Source: Octopus vulgaris
Lineage: Eukaryota
DNA length: 64,000 nt
Reading direction: 5' to 3'
NCBI GenBank assembly: GCA_951406725.2
Contig: OX597815.1
Location: 87,172,001-87,236,000, forward strand
Part shown: piece after piece, positions 50,991 to 64,000 of the stretch
Numbering within the stretch: the first letter of the stretch is position 1
Layout: every line of letters starts with the position of its first letter
Translations under genes and position numbers: made by a program
The notes under the pieces: model-generated
Seen by the model: only the letters and a program-made list of their open reading frames with translations
What the model was told of the DNA's origin: nothing
Databases searched by the model: none

Positions 50991-52390
50991 TCTGTCAAGT
51001 ATTACTTAGAATGCCACAGATATAGGGAGAATAGGGAAACTTTTTTAAAATTTTATATCATCTGACTACTTTGTTCAATTAAATTCACATTTGTGCATGT
51101 GTGTGTGTTTCAGTACATATTTCTATCTTTTTTTTTTTATTATTATCATCATTCATTGTCAATAATGGTAACAACTGTTGCTATGCAAAGTGAGAGCAGG
51201 CACACTCATATTAAAAAATGATAATAATACAACACATCAAAAGAAAATTTAATGATGATTTGTATTGGTGCACACTAACAACAAATAATTTTCTCCATCA
51301 ATATTACATTTTAATTTTGCAACAGAGAATTTTGAATCCCAAAATATTTTCTCTCATGTGTGAACAGACATCAGAGAGTTTTATTTTTTGTTGTGAAACA
51401 TTTATAGTTTTAATTAAATTCAGCGGAAGCGTTTTAACTCAAGGTTATTTAAAGTAAGCACTGTTTATATCAATGTTTCCTGAATATATCCTCCCAAATA
51501 TAATTAAGAAACTTATACCTTCCATGTTAATAATTTGACTTGTACAGCTTTTCTTTCTAGTTGTTTGTATTGTGCTAGGCTATGACAACTAATAAGCAGA
51601 TTAAGTAAATGTTTTGCAATATCTCATTTTATTCTTTAATTCTTTGAAATAATATCTCCTCCAGAATACAACTTCATTATTTCATTTCTATGCAAAATGA
51701 TAAAATAAGTAGCAGTGATAGTCAATAATCAAAACAATATAGCTTCCAATCTTCTTAAAAGAAAAAGTATTTGGTTGTACCTAGTCAAAATTTATTAGAT
51801 TTTTTTTTTATTTTGTATTTTAGCTTCATTACAAAAAAAGGATCTTGCTTCACATAGGCAGGGTTTAAAAGTGATCTTAATACAACTATAATAGTAATAA
51901 TGCAAAGTATGATATATGTATTAATATGTTTACAGATTAGCAGCAGCTTCAGCTCACTTGTACAAAAGGCAGCAGCAATCAGTGATAATTGGTCTTGTGT
52001 ATCCCAAGTCAGTTATGATCAAGGTGATTTAAGGTACAAAAGAACCAATTAAATAATTTGGGCATGATCCACAAATATTGCACTCCATATGGCATGCCTC
52101 TGTTTAGTTGAGAATCACACAGCTCTCTCCACAGGCAATTGTTCAGTGTATGGAGTGCAGTATGAATTCTTAGCATGTTGCATTTTCTCAACAGTTCAGG
52201 CTATTCTTGTGTGCCTTAAAAAGATTTTATAAGTTCCACAACAGAAGCAAGAAAGGTGAATTTAGTCAGAATATAAGAGTTGTTCTATTCTCAAGTGGCA
52301 TGCATCCCAGCATAATGTTTAAGGATAATGGATATTCTACATAGTCACTACATTAAAAATGCAAGCCTGGCTGTGTTTAAAAAATTATTT

Positions 52391-52572
52391 TTAACTCTCT
52401 AGCATTCATATTACTCAAATGTAATGCTTTATTTATCAATATTGTTTTGAATTAAATCATTCATTATCTCATAGCTTCAAGGTTTCAATCTTGTGATTGC
52501 TTATTATTAGAATGATGATGTAGGGTAGGTGTAAGAGGCCAGACCTGGCCAGTTTAAATGCTAAAAGGTTAA
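52391..52572 (+). mobile_element. piggyBac-like MITE P1 with TTAA at both ends, nested in a SINE A head
   Basis: TTAA at 52391 and 52569. SINE A-like sequence lies on both sides (52361-52390 and 52573-52682). Confidence 0.75.
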
Positions 52573-53139
52573 AATAACTTGGTTTAAGACTCAATCTCTA
52601 CATGTCACCTAGTGCAGGTGTCTACTACCATTAACTTGGCCTTGTGAGTGAAATTTAGTGGGTAAAAGCTGTGCAGAAGGCTACTGGATTATCCATGTTC
52701 TTGGATGGTGATCCTGATCCATTGATCAGTTCAAGACTGCCACCTGACCCATGGGTGGCTTTAATGGAATCCACTAAGATAGAAGCATTTAGCTGAGTAT
52801 AAATCAATACACAGTGATGTACTACTGCCTCCTGGAGGAAAAAGCCACTATAAATAGAAGATTCTTCTCCCTTTTCCAAAACCTTCAGAGGTCCTAAAAT
52901 AGTAAGGAATGCTGCTATTTCTCCTCCAAGTAACAACAAAAAGAAAGAAAAAGGAAAAAATTCCATAACATCTTAGAAGAGGGACAAAAACAATGAAGAA
53001 TTTGGTAATAATAATGCTAGTATCAGAAGCTCCAATTACAAGATTATTTATAATTCAATGAAGGATGAATGGAGGGAAGGGTAAATATTTCCACATTAAC
53101 TGCATTCTGAAACCAGTAAAACATAAAATATCCCCTTAA

Positions 53140-53550
53140 ACACTGACGTCAGGACCCGCCCCACAAATGAGAAACAAGCATCAACATTATATTTTTTTCA
53201 CCTGCAAAAAAAAAAAAAGAAAAACACACAGCTTACTAATTTGACTTAACTGACATCACAAGGTCACACTCCATCGATCTCATGGAGCTGCTTGCTCACC
53301 TGTCAGCAAGTTACAGCCTCTCATTTTTGGAAGCTCGCCACTACATTGTTTCACTTAATGCTAACCACTCTTGATAAACAGCAGTATGAGATTGTGAAAT
53401 AATGGACTTCCTGGATCCGGTATGTTAGGAATCCATCACCGTACTTCCTGTATTGGTTCATTAGCTCAAAAATGAATGTTTATTTAGTTATTATTATTAT
53501 CATTATTATTATTATAACTCAGAACAAAGAGGGGAAAACACTACTTCCGG
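53140..53550. promoter_or_regulatory. Candidate intronic promoter/enhancer
   Basis: CRE TGACGTCA 53144-53151, GC box CCCGCCCC 53155-53162, CRE variant TGACATCA 53251-53258, ETS-type GGAAGT sites at 53406, 53443 and 53543 (all minus), CCAAT (minus) 53452-53456. CpGs are retained in unique sequence. Confidence 0.5.
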
Positions 53551-55510
53551 ATACATTATTCAAGCAAGAATCTGCATCAATGATGAAAGTTTTAGTAAGT
53601 ATCAATGTTTGGTTGATTACACAAACACAATATGTTTTTAAAAATTGTAAACTTATGTGGACGTCCAGATATTTTGTTCTCAATAAATAGTCTGATTCAA
53701 TGCTTCCATAGCATGTACGAAAACTTCAATAGCACATACCTGAATGTAAATAACCATTGTTACTAAACATAGTATTTTTTAGTCTTTATGTCCAACTTTC
53801 TAACAAAGGGCTAATTTAACTACAATTCTAAACTATAGAAAGAATTCTTAGGTAGAGTTCTAGAACTCTAATTTATAGAACTACTTTTAGATATTCTTAA
53901 TTAGTCTTATTGTGCACCACTGTTATCATTCTCTACCACCTAACACATCCAACCAACAAAAATCTAGGTGCCTCTGGATTCTACTCAATTTGTTAGTTTG
54001 ACTGAATGAATGTCTGCTTTGGTACTTCAGAAACTACTGAACCTAGGAATCTCAAAATTATAATTACTGATTACCAAGAAATGTATAATATTTTATTGCT
54101 TAATATTTTCAGAGTTTTGGTTCTACAAAAAGAAAAGTTTTTCATAGATATAATATTACAAATTGCATTCAATAATGACTGACTCTTAATTTAAATGTGA
54201 GAACAAGTATTGCTGAGTATTTACCTAGGTGACCATTTCAATTAAAAAAGTTTCCCTTCATCTCTTTCTCCTCCTACTTGTGGTTGTATTGCTCAGGGTG
54301 ATTTTATCACAGTGATAATTACCTTTCAAAAGCCTTAATTTATGGTGCAACCAAATAGTAGTATGGCATTAAAATCTGAAACAAGATTAACTAAAAACAA
54401 ATCTAAGATGCAATTTTATCATTGCGTCAATTCTTTCAAGCATCCAGAGAAAAGATTTTCAACAGGTTGGCTGATTATATTTGGTTTAGAGAAACATCTA
54501 AACTGATCACACTTAAAATTAACTAGAGTATTTTAAAGCAAATAGTGTTCTATATACAAGAGTCCTTCCACTTGAATTTGTTCTGTGGACTATGTTTAAA
54601 TTAGCTCATCACTTTATTTCAAGACCTACAGGTATTAAACAAATATCCAAACTTTCAAGTTCTCACAGACATGCTTCTAAACAATTTACATTATAATTAT
54701 TACACCCAAATGGTTAAACCATCCAATTTCTCCTGAAACAATTAGATCTTTTGCAACTTTATTTTGACATCATAATGAGTATTTCATTTTTATAGTATTA
54801 ATTTTCTTTTGTTTCCTTTACCTGGTTCACCTAATCTGTTCACACACATTTCAATTCTCATTTCTTTTTAAATATTTAAAACTCTTTTTCTTTCTCATTG
54901 TACTCATTTTTTTAAAATTTCATTTTTCTTCCTTTTGTCACATTCACCTTTTCCTTTATTTTGTATACAACTGTTATATAATCGACAAATATGAACTTTT
55001 TTTTTTTGTCTCAAATTCAATTTGTCTAGACATTCAAATACCTTCACTCTTTTGTAAATAATAAAAAAAAAAGCATCAGGAAGAGATGGTGAATAATATA
55101 GTTTTGTAAGTGTTCCTTTTGTACCTAAAATATTGCCAGACACAGAGACAAATCAGGATCATATATGAACAAAGTGAAGTTTGAATAAACTTGATTTCAG
55201 TTAAGTTAATGAGTAGGGAGCCTGTTCTTAGCTTCCAAATCAAACTTTAATTGTGCAAACATTTTTAGATTGTGGATTACAGTTATGATAAAAACAAACT
55301 GCATTATGTCTTACACAACTCATCTAATTTAAACAGTGTTAAAAAAGAGGATTTCAAAAGTTTTTTCCATTATTTACCAGAACATTCTAATCTATAGTAA
55401 CAGAAAAATAATCCAATGTAAGGTAGAGTAAGTGCTTATGGAGTCCCAAGTGAAGCTATTTCATTTACAGCATTTCTCTAATGCTCAAGAGAAGCATGAA
55501 CAACACAGCT

Positions 55511-56195
55511 TCATCATCATCGTTTAACGTCCGTTTTCCATGCTAGCATGAATTGGACAGTTTGACCGGGGTCTGGGACGTCAGGAGGCTGCACCAGGCC
55601 CCAGTCTGATCTGGCTGTGTTTCTACAGCTGGATGCACTTCCTAATGCCAACCACTCCATGAGTGTAGTGAGTGCTTTTTACGTGCTACCGGCACAGGGG
55701 CCAGAAGAGGCTGGCAACGGCTACGATTGGTTGGTGCTTTTTACGTGCCACTGGCATAGGTATCACAACTACAATTTCCATTTGATTTTTATTTTGATGT
55801 TGATGTACTTGACTCAATAGGTCTCCTCAAGCACAGCAAGTCGCCCTACAATCCAAGGTAAGCACAGCAGGCTGTCCTGCAAGCCATGAACTCACTTCAT
55901 TTGTCGGGTCTTCGCAGTCACAGCATATCTCCAGAGGTCTTGGTCTTTTGTCATTGCCTCTGTGAGGCCCAAAGTTCGATGGTCATGCTTGACCACCTCA
56001 TCCCATGTCTTCCTGGGTCTACCTCTACTCCGGATTCCTTCAGCTGTTTGGGAGTGGCACTTCACACATCTCTCTTCATCCATCCATAGTACATGACCAT
56101 ACCAGCACAAACGTCTCTCCTGCACACCACATCCGATGCTTCTTATGTCCAACATTTCTCTCAGGGCACATACACTCTGCCGTGCATGCACACTG
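55511..56195 (-). mobile_element. RTE LINE 3' fragment (ORF C-terminus, 3' UTR and (GAT)n tail)
   Basis: 'VQERRLCWYGHVLWM...RSRGRPRKTWDEVVKHD...LTEAMTKDQDLWR' is a typical RTE C-terminus. Confidence 0.9.
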
Positions 56196-56197
56196 AT

Positions 56198-56400
56198 CCT
56201 TTTTTTTTTTTTTGTTTCAGTCATTTGACTGCAACCATGTTGGAGCACCACCTTAAGGCGTTTTAGTCAAGCAAATCAACCTCAGGACTTATTCCTTGTA
56301 AGCCTAGTACTTATTCTATTAGTGTCTTTTGCTGAACCACTAAGTTACAAGGACATAAATGTACCAACATCGGTTGTCAAGCGATGGTCGGGGGTGGGGG

Positions 56401-56458
<58 letters not shown>

Positions 56459-56615
56459 GACGGGCTTCTTTCAATCTCTGTCTACACTCACAAGGCTTTG
56501 ATCAGCCCAAGGCTATAATAGAAGATATTTGCCCAATGTGTCATGCAGTGGGACTGAACCCGGAACCATGTGATTGGGAAGCAAGCTTCTTAACACATAG
56601 TCATGCCTGCACCTA
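56198..56615 (-). mobile_element. Full-length SINE family A with poly(A) tail and internal (TG)n
   Basis: Head at about 56612 (aggtgcaggcatgactatgtgttaagaagcttgcttccc..gggttcagtccc) and a plus-strand T-run at 56200-56213. Confidence 0.85.
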
Positions 56616-57467
56616 TCTTACCTCTATAAATTCCATGCCTACTTACTTGGTCACTATACATCAGTCAGCTTTTCCCAATACGTCTTACAAGAACCACTTC
56701 TAAATTATTGATCAACTAGTGTGCTTCTACTATTTTAATAGGTCACACTTTGAGCAAAACCAACTGTAATTATCCATTACAATAAAGATATGCTGATTAT
56801 TTAACAAATTGTGATATTTACATGTGACATAGAATTCCAAAATCAAGGAACAAGGAGAGAAGTGTGGTCGATGGTAAATATCAGTATGGGGAGAGTAAAG
56901 ATGAAAGAAATAGGAGTTGCTGAGGAAGGAGGAAAGAAAGAAACAGTACAGGGACAGATATGGATGTCAGAGGTACATAGAGTGAGTGGAAGACAAAAGT
57001 GTAGGGATCCACAGATAACACAAGAGAGGGTGGTGAGAATGATAGTAGGTAAGAGAGGGTGTTAAAGATAAGGTAATGGCAGTCATAAAATGTATCTCAA
57101 ATGAAAGGAGACTTAACTAGAGACACAGAAAGAAGTGATTAGAAGAAAATAAATTAGGAAGGGATGATATGGAGAATGAGGGATGATTTTGAAAGGAAAT
57201 TGTTATAAACACAGGAGAAAATGACTTGTAGCACAAAGAGGGATGAAATCTGTACAGATTCTGTCTGCTGTGATTATAGCAGCTGACTAGTGCCATAGTT
57301 AGCAGAGTGAAGGGATGCATATTAAAAAGATGAGAGTGGGAGAAGGTTTGACATGGACAGACTGAGCACAGAGGAAGGGCCCAGTGAGTGTATAGACATA
57401 AACAATGCTTTTAGGATCTCTCTTTCATCAAGACAGACAGATTATTAAGCACAGTAAATTGCCAATC

Positions 57468-57620
57468 ATCTCTGTCCTTTGTCATCTCCTGACCATCTCC
57501 TACATGAGGCTCAAACTCTTGAAATCAGCCTTCATTACTTCATTCCATGTCTTCTTAGGTTTTCCTCTTCCACAAGTTCCATCACATTTAGCATTTGGCA
57601 CTCCTTTATATAGCTCTATA
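57468..57620 (-). mobile_element. Older RTE ORF C-terminal remnant
   Basis: 'DGTCGRGKPKKTWNEVMKADFKSLSL' parallels the copy at 55892-56195. Confidence 0.75.
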
Positions 57621-58900
57621 TTTGTACAAATAGAAGACTCAATCCTACTAAAATATGACCCACTCCCTGAGCCCTGCCAGTCTGTTAGAAACAAAGTTTA
57701 ATATTTGGGCCTCTGATAACAAAATAACATTAACTCAAGAGTTAGCAGTAGTCAGCAACTGTTTTGTCATTTGATTGTACATTTGCCATATGGCTTTTTC
57801 CTATTTGGAATTTTAGCTATCGGAAAAAGACCATTTTTGTGCCAATGCACACTAACTCTAAGTTGTTAATGGTGGCTTTAATAGCTACAATCAAGATCAA
57901 ATCCATTTAACTATGCCAAACCTGAATCAATATTAGGATGGTGATGAGTATGATTATTGGTAAAAAAAAAAAATGATAATGTGTTGATCAGATTGTATTG
58001 TTGATTGTGCTATTTTTTTTACTTATGTTAGACCATGCACATCCTTTGCAACACAATTTTTAACTGCTGAAGCATACAAAATGCCAGAACCAATCATTGA
58101 AATCTGCCATTTCAACTATAATAGAGGAAATTGGAATAAAAAATTTTTAAAAAGACATGTGGCAATCCGGATCTTTTTAAATATCAAAAACTGTAATAAG
58201 AACACAGGAAGGGGTGGGTTTATAAAGGAAGAAAAAAACTGTTTGATATACAACCAGCCATTAATCACAGGAAAATAGGAGAGACTTGGAATAGAGATAT
58301 TATAATTTGAGTGTTTTTGTTGTTTTTTCTTTTTGGGGGGGGGGCAAGAATATGTCAAACACTAACCAATTTAGAATTTCATTTTAAAACAGTGATAAAT
58401 TTTAAAAACTTCATTTAAGTTTTAGGAAAAAAATCAAAATGATAAAGAATTATTTAGGTGTGAGCCATGAGATAAGATAAATGTCAATAAATATGAAAAA
58501 AAAAAAAAAAAAAAGAAGAAGAAGAAAGCACTTCTTTACAATATCAATTTCAGTACCCCCTTTGAGGATTTGAGAAATAAAATATGAATCACTACATCAT
58601 ATATTGGAATCAAATAAATCAATCATAAATTAAAATCAATGTATTTCTCAATATTTGTGAGAGAAAGAAAGTTGTAGTTTTAAGTGAAATCTTTGATCAC
58701 AATTGTTTTAGATCCCTAGCAGCTTGCTCCTACAGAGTTTAGAAACTTACTGTCTCAACAATAGCAGCAACGAATCTGAGGTTTCTGACACTTACAGAAC
58801 ATATGTAATATGCAATATCTGACACATCTTGAGCTTTAAATGAAGTGCAACTGCACCAAACACAGTGAAAATTACTCTGGTGGTGGTGTGGTGGTGGTGG

Positions 58901-59242
58901 TGGCAGTAAGGAGCACTCCGTCGGTTGTGACGATGAGGGTCCCAGTTGATATGATCAACGGAACAGCTTACTCGTGGAATTAATGTGCAAGTGGCTGAGC
59001 ACTCCACAAACACGTGTACCCTTAACGTAGTTCTCGGGGAGATTCAGCGTGACACAGAGTGGGACAAGGCTGACCCTTTGAAATACAAGTACTACTCATT
59101 TTTGCCAGCTGAGTGGACTGGAGCAACGTGAAATAAAATGTCTTGCTCAAGGACACAACGCGCCACTGGGGGGGGGGGGTTGAACTCACAACCTTACGAT
59201 CATGAGCTGAATGCCCCTAACCACTAAGCCACACACCTTCAT
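58901..59242 (-). mobile_element. tRNA-derived SINE family C, near full length
   Basis: Head gaaggtgtgtggcttagtggttaggggcattcagctcatgatcgtaaggttgtgagttcaa (A/B boxes), with a core shared with 13381-13692. Confidence 0.8.
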
Positions 59243-60000
59243 GCAGTAGCAGTAGAGGCAACAAAAATGACAATGATGATGGTGATGATGATGATTGTGG
59301 TGGTGTCAGCAGTGGTGACAACGACAACAATGATAATGACAGCTGTATCAACAGTGCTGACAAAGGTAGCAGGAGTTGATACTGTTGGTTGTAAAGGTCC
59401 CAGTCCTTTACAATTATCAGTACATTTGATATTTTTACTATTTAAGGGCAGTAGAATGGGAGAAATTGTAGAATATTAATCTAGATGTCAAACAGTATTT
59501 AGCTGTCTTAATCTAGATTTTGAGTCATACCTAATTGTGGTAAAGTAAGTCTTTTATCAATTCAACCAACAACATTCCTACACAGTAAATTTAGTGCTCT
59601 GTGCAGATATATTTATTTTGGGTTTTTTAATTAAGAATCAACTATAAAGAATTATGACCCAGTAAAAAACTAGTCTGAAGAAATTAATGATAATCTGCAG
59701 AAGTAAAAATTATCTTGGGTAAGTTCATATGCTATGACAGAAGAGAATCCTGATGTTTCAAGCTATATCCAGTATCTGAGAGGTAAAGTTTTTCTATGAT
59801 GAAAGGCTTGGCCCAAAATTTCAGGAGTCACATATCTCTGTAGCATACAAACTTATCTGCAGCTGAAATTCTAAAGGCTTGATCTTTCAATAACAAGCTT
59901 CATTTTAGGAATTGAATAAAATTGAATAAAATTCTTAAATACTGATTAGTTTCAGCCAAATACAACTGAAAATTGTAGAAGAGAGGTTAGAACTGATTGG

Positions 60001-60225
60001 TTTAAACCTTACATTATCATATTTCAGTCGAAATACACTTCCTCTGTTGCAATTAATTCTGAAATTAATGAAGAATTTAATAGATAACTTTGTCATTATT
60101 AAGCTGGAGTATGGAACCAGCTAAACTTAAATTAACTTGAAATCTTGATGGAAAGTTTTAAAACTTTAAAACAGGAAGTTTCTAGGATAGGATCAGAGAC
60201 AGTCTCAGGCAGGCTGGTTTATGAG
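60001..60225 (-). mobile_element. Probable second TTAA-associated MITE (P2), with a related diverged copy at ~44965-45230 (+)
   Basis: cagtctcaggcaggctggt matches the reverse complement of accaactcgcctgagactg at about 44978. The 44965 copy begins TTAACCTTTT. Confidence 0.5.
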
Positions 60226-61889
60226 TAGTTGTTGTTTAGCCCTAGGTGGTTACCTCTGGCTGATCAGAGCTGTAATCAAGTATTCAAGAACATTATAGCT
60301 ATGACAACCCAACCTTTTCCTTAGAAATAGTTCTTATGAAACAACATTGTGTCCTTCTGTTTTTACAATGGTAAAGGATAATTTGAGATTTGATAAGTGT
60401 TTCTAGTAGGCTGAATGCCCATATGTATTTAACTAATAATCAGGGTATTTTTTCATGGGTGGCTTTTGTTGTTTCTTTTACAAAAATATGAAGAGCAAAA
60501 ATCTAATCCAGCTTAATTTAAACACACAATATTGAAACAGGATAAAACAATGCTTTCAAGAATTTAATCTAGCATTACTGTACAATCATTTTATATACCT
60601 TACTTTATTATATTCAGGTGTAATATATCAATAGTTGTAAAATATATCTAAAAAATATAATTTACATAGTTCAAACATTATCTGATACATAACTCAATAC
60701 ACTGGATGGAGTGAACAGATATGTTTGTTATATTAAAAGTTGCTGACATCATATAGTTGCCCAGGGTGAAACCCCAAGCAGATTCAACATTTGATATTTT
60801 GTACATGTGTATGTATAAAATCATTTTAACATCCACTTTCCCATGCTTAGACACACACACACATATATAGGCATCACCACATCTCAGTTATAATCTCAGT
60901 TAACAGGATGTTGCACTAAGTGAAACTGTAAAGTATGGCTGCTAATTTTGGAATATGGTCTGAATTTTGTCGTTATGGGAACTCAGATTTTGAGAATTTA
61001 AAAACTACACCATCTTCTTAGCCTACAAGCTGCTTCTTGGTGCTTTAGATAAAATCAAAGTAGTTAACAATTTGAAAATTTATTATCATGATACATGTGA
61101 ACATGCACAAATGTTTCTGTATGCATCCCTATAAGCACTTATGGAGTGGGAGGTAGAATTTTTCATTGTGAATATTTGTGTATAATTTCTTGGGTCACAG
61201 TGTGCATCTACTTAACTACATACCTAATTATCTATCTCAATCACCCTTTACCATTACCACTATATATCATCAACACCAAAACCAATACAACCACCACCAT
61301 TATCAACCCACCTTAATGTCCAACAAGAGCAGAAACAATATGAATGTCAAGCCCCACATTATTTTAAAAGTTGAATGAAATATCTTTGATCTTAGGTAAA
61401 TGATGATTGACTTGAAACTAAGTAGCAACAACAATACAATTAACAAGAATAATATGATAACCACCAACCTCACTGTCTGATATAATGAATACTATTACCA
61501 CTGCCTACCCACCAACTTTTGTATAACCAGCTACTAACAACAATAGTAGTATCAGCATGAAGCAATGTCTGTAGTGACATATGTTGTATGTCAACAAAAT
61601 GAGGTGGGTGTATGTATGAGAAGAATGTAGAGTTTTAAAGGCTTAAGACAGAGGTGCAAAGGAGAAGTTCCCATCAATCTGGTAACCTCTTAATAAACTG
61701 TAACCATAGAGTACTTTCTATCACCCCACCCCTTTACCCTTTCATCTCATTTCCATTTTCTGAATCATAAGAAGAAAGTTTTTGCTCTTTTGAAACAGTT
61801 TTTTCCTGGAACAATTTTTACCACATATTTGGTGTGAATAATTGTTGACTACCACCATTGTACACCACTGGATGTACCTACGGTGGAAA

Positions 61890-62830
61890 ATGTTTGGAGA
61901 GAAGCCATCAAAAGGGGCTGAAAGGAGTAGTGCAAAAAGGAGCTGTAAAAAGATTACACTGGATATTAATCTTGATGTTTTACAGAGGCTTGATGCTAGA
62001 AAAAAAAGTCATCAACCACATTGCCAAAACTTTTATGATTGCAATGTCTGCAGTGAGAACAACATGTGACAATAGAGAGAAAATTAAGTCCAGTGCTCAA
62101 GAAGTATTTTCATTAACATGCCAGACCTTATTTTTTCCATAGATCTGATGCAATGCTTAAAATGGGACAGCTCTGGGGTGTGTGAACTGAGAATCTAACT
62201 TGAGATAATATACTAATAAGCACATTCATAACTAAAAAAATAAGTTTGTAGGATGATTTACAGAAAAAAGAAAGTAAAATTTCTAATGAAACCTATAGTA
62301 TGAGACTTCTGGAAGAAGTTCAACATAATGGATGCTGTGAATAACATAGCTGAGTCATAGAATGAAGTGAAACCATCAGCTATGAATGATGTTTGGAAAA
62401 AAATATATGGTCAGACAGTATCCATGATTTTACAGGTTTTCCACAAACAGAAAGTCTATGTAAATTCAGAAAGATTAGGACATTTGAAAATGATATAGTG
62501 TCTAAAGACATCATAGAGGATTACATAGTTGAGCTGCTAGGGACTTGTAGAAAAAGTATATCTAATGAGGAGCTGATGTTGTGAGAACAAGAGAAAACTG
62601 AGAGCACAGATAAAAATATGGAGGTTTTCTTCAATTCGACTAAAGTGAACTGCTAAGAATATTGCTAAAGGTTTGGCACTTAGAGAGGAAAGTCCGGGAA
62701 GCTTTTGCTGACAACAACACTAATCATGAATGCTACATGAATATTAGAAGAGGAGTTTACAATGAGCTCAGTTCCTACACTGAGCTGAACAAATAGATGA
62801 TGTATCATAAACATCAAACAATTCTGCACA
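61890..62830 (+). mobile_element. Internally deleted Tigger/pogo-family transposase relic
   Basis: CENP-B/psq-type HTH 'AKRSCKKITLDINLDVLQRLD' and 'HIAKTFMIAMSAVRTTCDNREKIKSSAQ', plus the post-DDE segment 'SMRDFWKKFN.IMDAVNNIAES*NEVKPSAMNDVWKKIWSDSIHDFTGF'. The DDE core is missing. Confidence 0.85.
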
Positions 62831-64000
62831 TGAAGTTCTCTGCACATCAAGTAGATGGTGATGATGAACTATAAGATAGATTTTAGTGTCCTTCATCCTT
62901 GTATAATTCTCATTCTACTATCACCATTCTTCACATAATAATCAACCTCTTTTGTGGTAAGAGTGTAGTCTATTACAATATTATGGTTCTTATTTTTCCC
63001 CAAAGTATTTCTCTTCAAATGTTTTTATGAATAAATATAGTACTTTGTACATTTAGAAATTTCTTTTCATGCATAAAAGTGATCATGAAGTTTTTGTTTT
63101 TTTTTTCGTTTTTTTGCTTCATTTTCTTTTTTTATTCCTTATTCAAAAAACTCCATTGGAACACATTATCACTTTGTAACATAAAAATCAAAAGAGAAAT
63201 TAATTTCATGATACAAGATTTGCAGGAACACATTATCCCCCATAACACTTGGGATTCTTCAACTTTTCTTTTCAATACTCTCCAGTCAATAAAACAAGCA
63301 GCAGCAATATATATATATATCTTTTATCTTTAGGGCACCGCCTTGAAGAATTTTTAGTTGAATGAATCAACCCCAGTACTTATTTTTTGAAGCCTGGTAC
63401 TTATACTATCAGTCTCTTTTGCCAAACCACTAAGTTACAGGGATGTAAACACACCAACACTGGTTGTAAAACATGGGGGGGTGGGGGCAAACAAAGTTGT
63501 CTGGAGGCTGTGGTTAAAACCAATAACGATTTTATTGAATAAATTTACTCTATAGTATTTCAAGATATTTTTATGTAATTTTGGTAAATATATATGTTAG
63601 AATGAGATGTCAGTGTCATTTTCATTTTTGCATAATAGAGACAACAGTTTATTCTCCACACCCTGAGTGTGTGTGTGTGTATATATATATAAAATTATCT
63701 AAAATAATAATTGATACCATTCGCCAGCATGTGTAAAAAATTGTCCATTGACCATAAAACATCTTTATATATTGTGTCACTTGTTTTATTGACTACAAAG
63801 GATTGAAAAGAGAGGTTGCATAAATTTGATCTTAGGATCATACAGAGATAACACTAAATGTCATTAAACATTCAGTCCAATAATTTACCACCTCAATGAC
63901 CATCACTTCTAAGATTTCTTTCATTCACACAAGTCTTCTAATTGACAATGATTGACTGAATCAACCATAGTATATATGATCATTTAATGTCCACCTTCTA

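Noticed and set aside
53730-53775. Further ATG-donor pairs (53740 phase 0/1, about 51520 phase 1, about 56647 phase 0)
   Set aside because: They are in the wrong phase for exon 14974. I record them as evidence that such pairs arise by chance.
59165-59242. tRNA gene (also at about 13930-13996 and 56540-56612)
   Set aside because: These are tRNA-like SINE heads attached to repeated bodies, and I could not build a complete cloverleaf.

Overview
AT-rich, microsatellite- and SINE-dense animal genomic DNA. The repeat families look like those of a coleoid cephalopod (Octopus), which is an inference from recognition, not a database result. The only gene I can support is the 3' part of an STE20-like kinase of the SLK/STK10(LOK)/Slik family on the minus strand. 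It has nine GT-AG exons (14974 down to the stop at 1635) that splice in frame into about 411 aa of C-terminal coiled-coil (PKK) region, followed by a ~1.6 kb 3' UTR. I did not find the kinase domain or the expected upstream exon by eye, so 14975-64000 appears to be one intron of at least 49 kb. The introns carry RTE-LINE fragments, several tRNA-derived SINE families, mariner, Tigger/pogo and Helitron relics, TTAA-flanked piggyBac-like MITEs, a foldback element and an inverted repeat with decayed hammerhead-ribozyme cores. The most interesting hypothesis, which is unproven, is a set of small ATG-bearing phase-2 candidate first exons plus an intronic promoter-like island that could produce kinase-less SLK isoforms.
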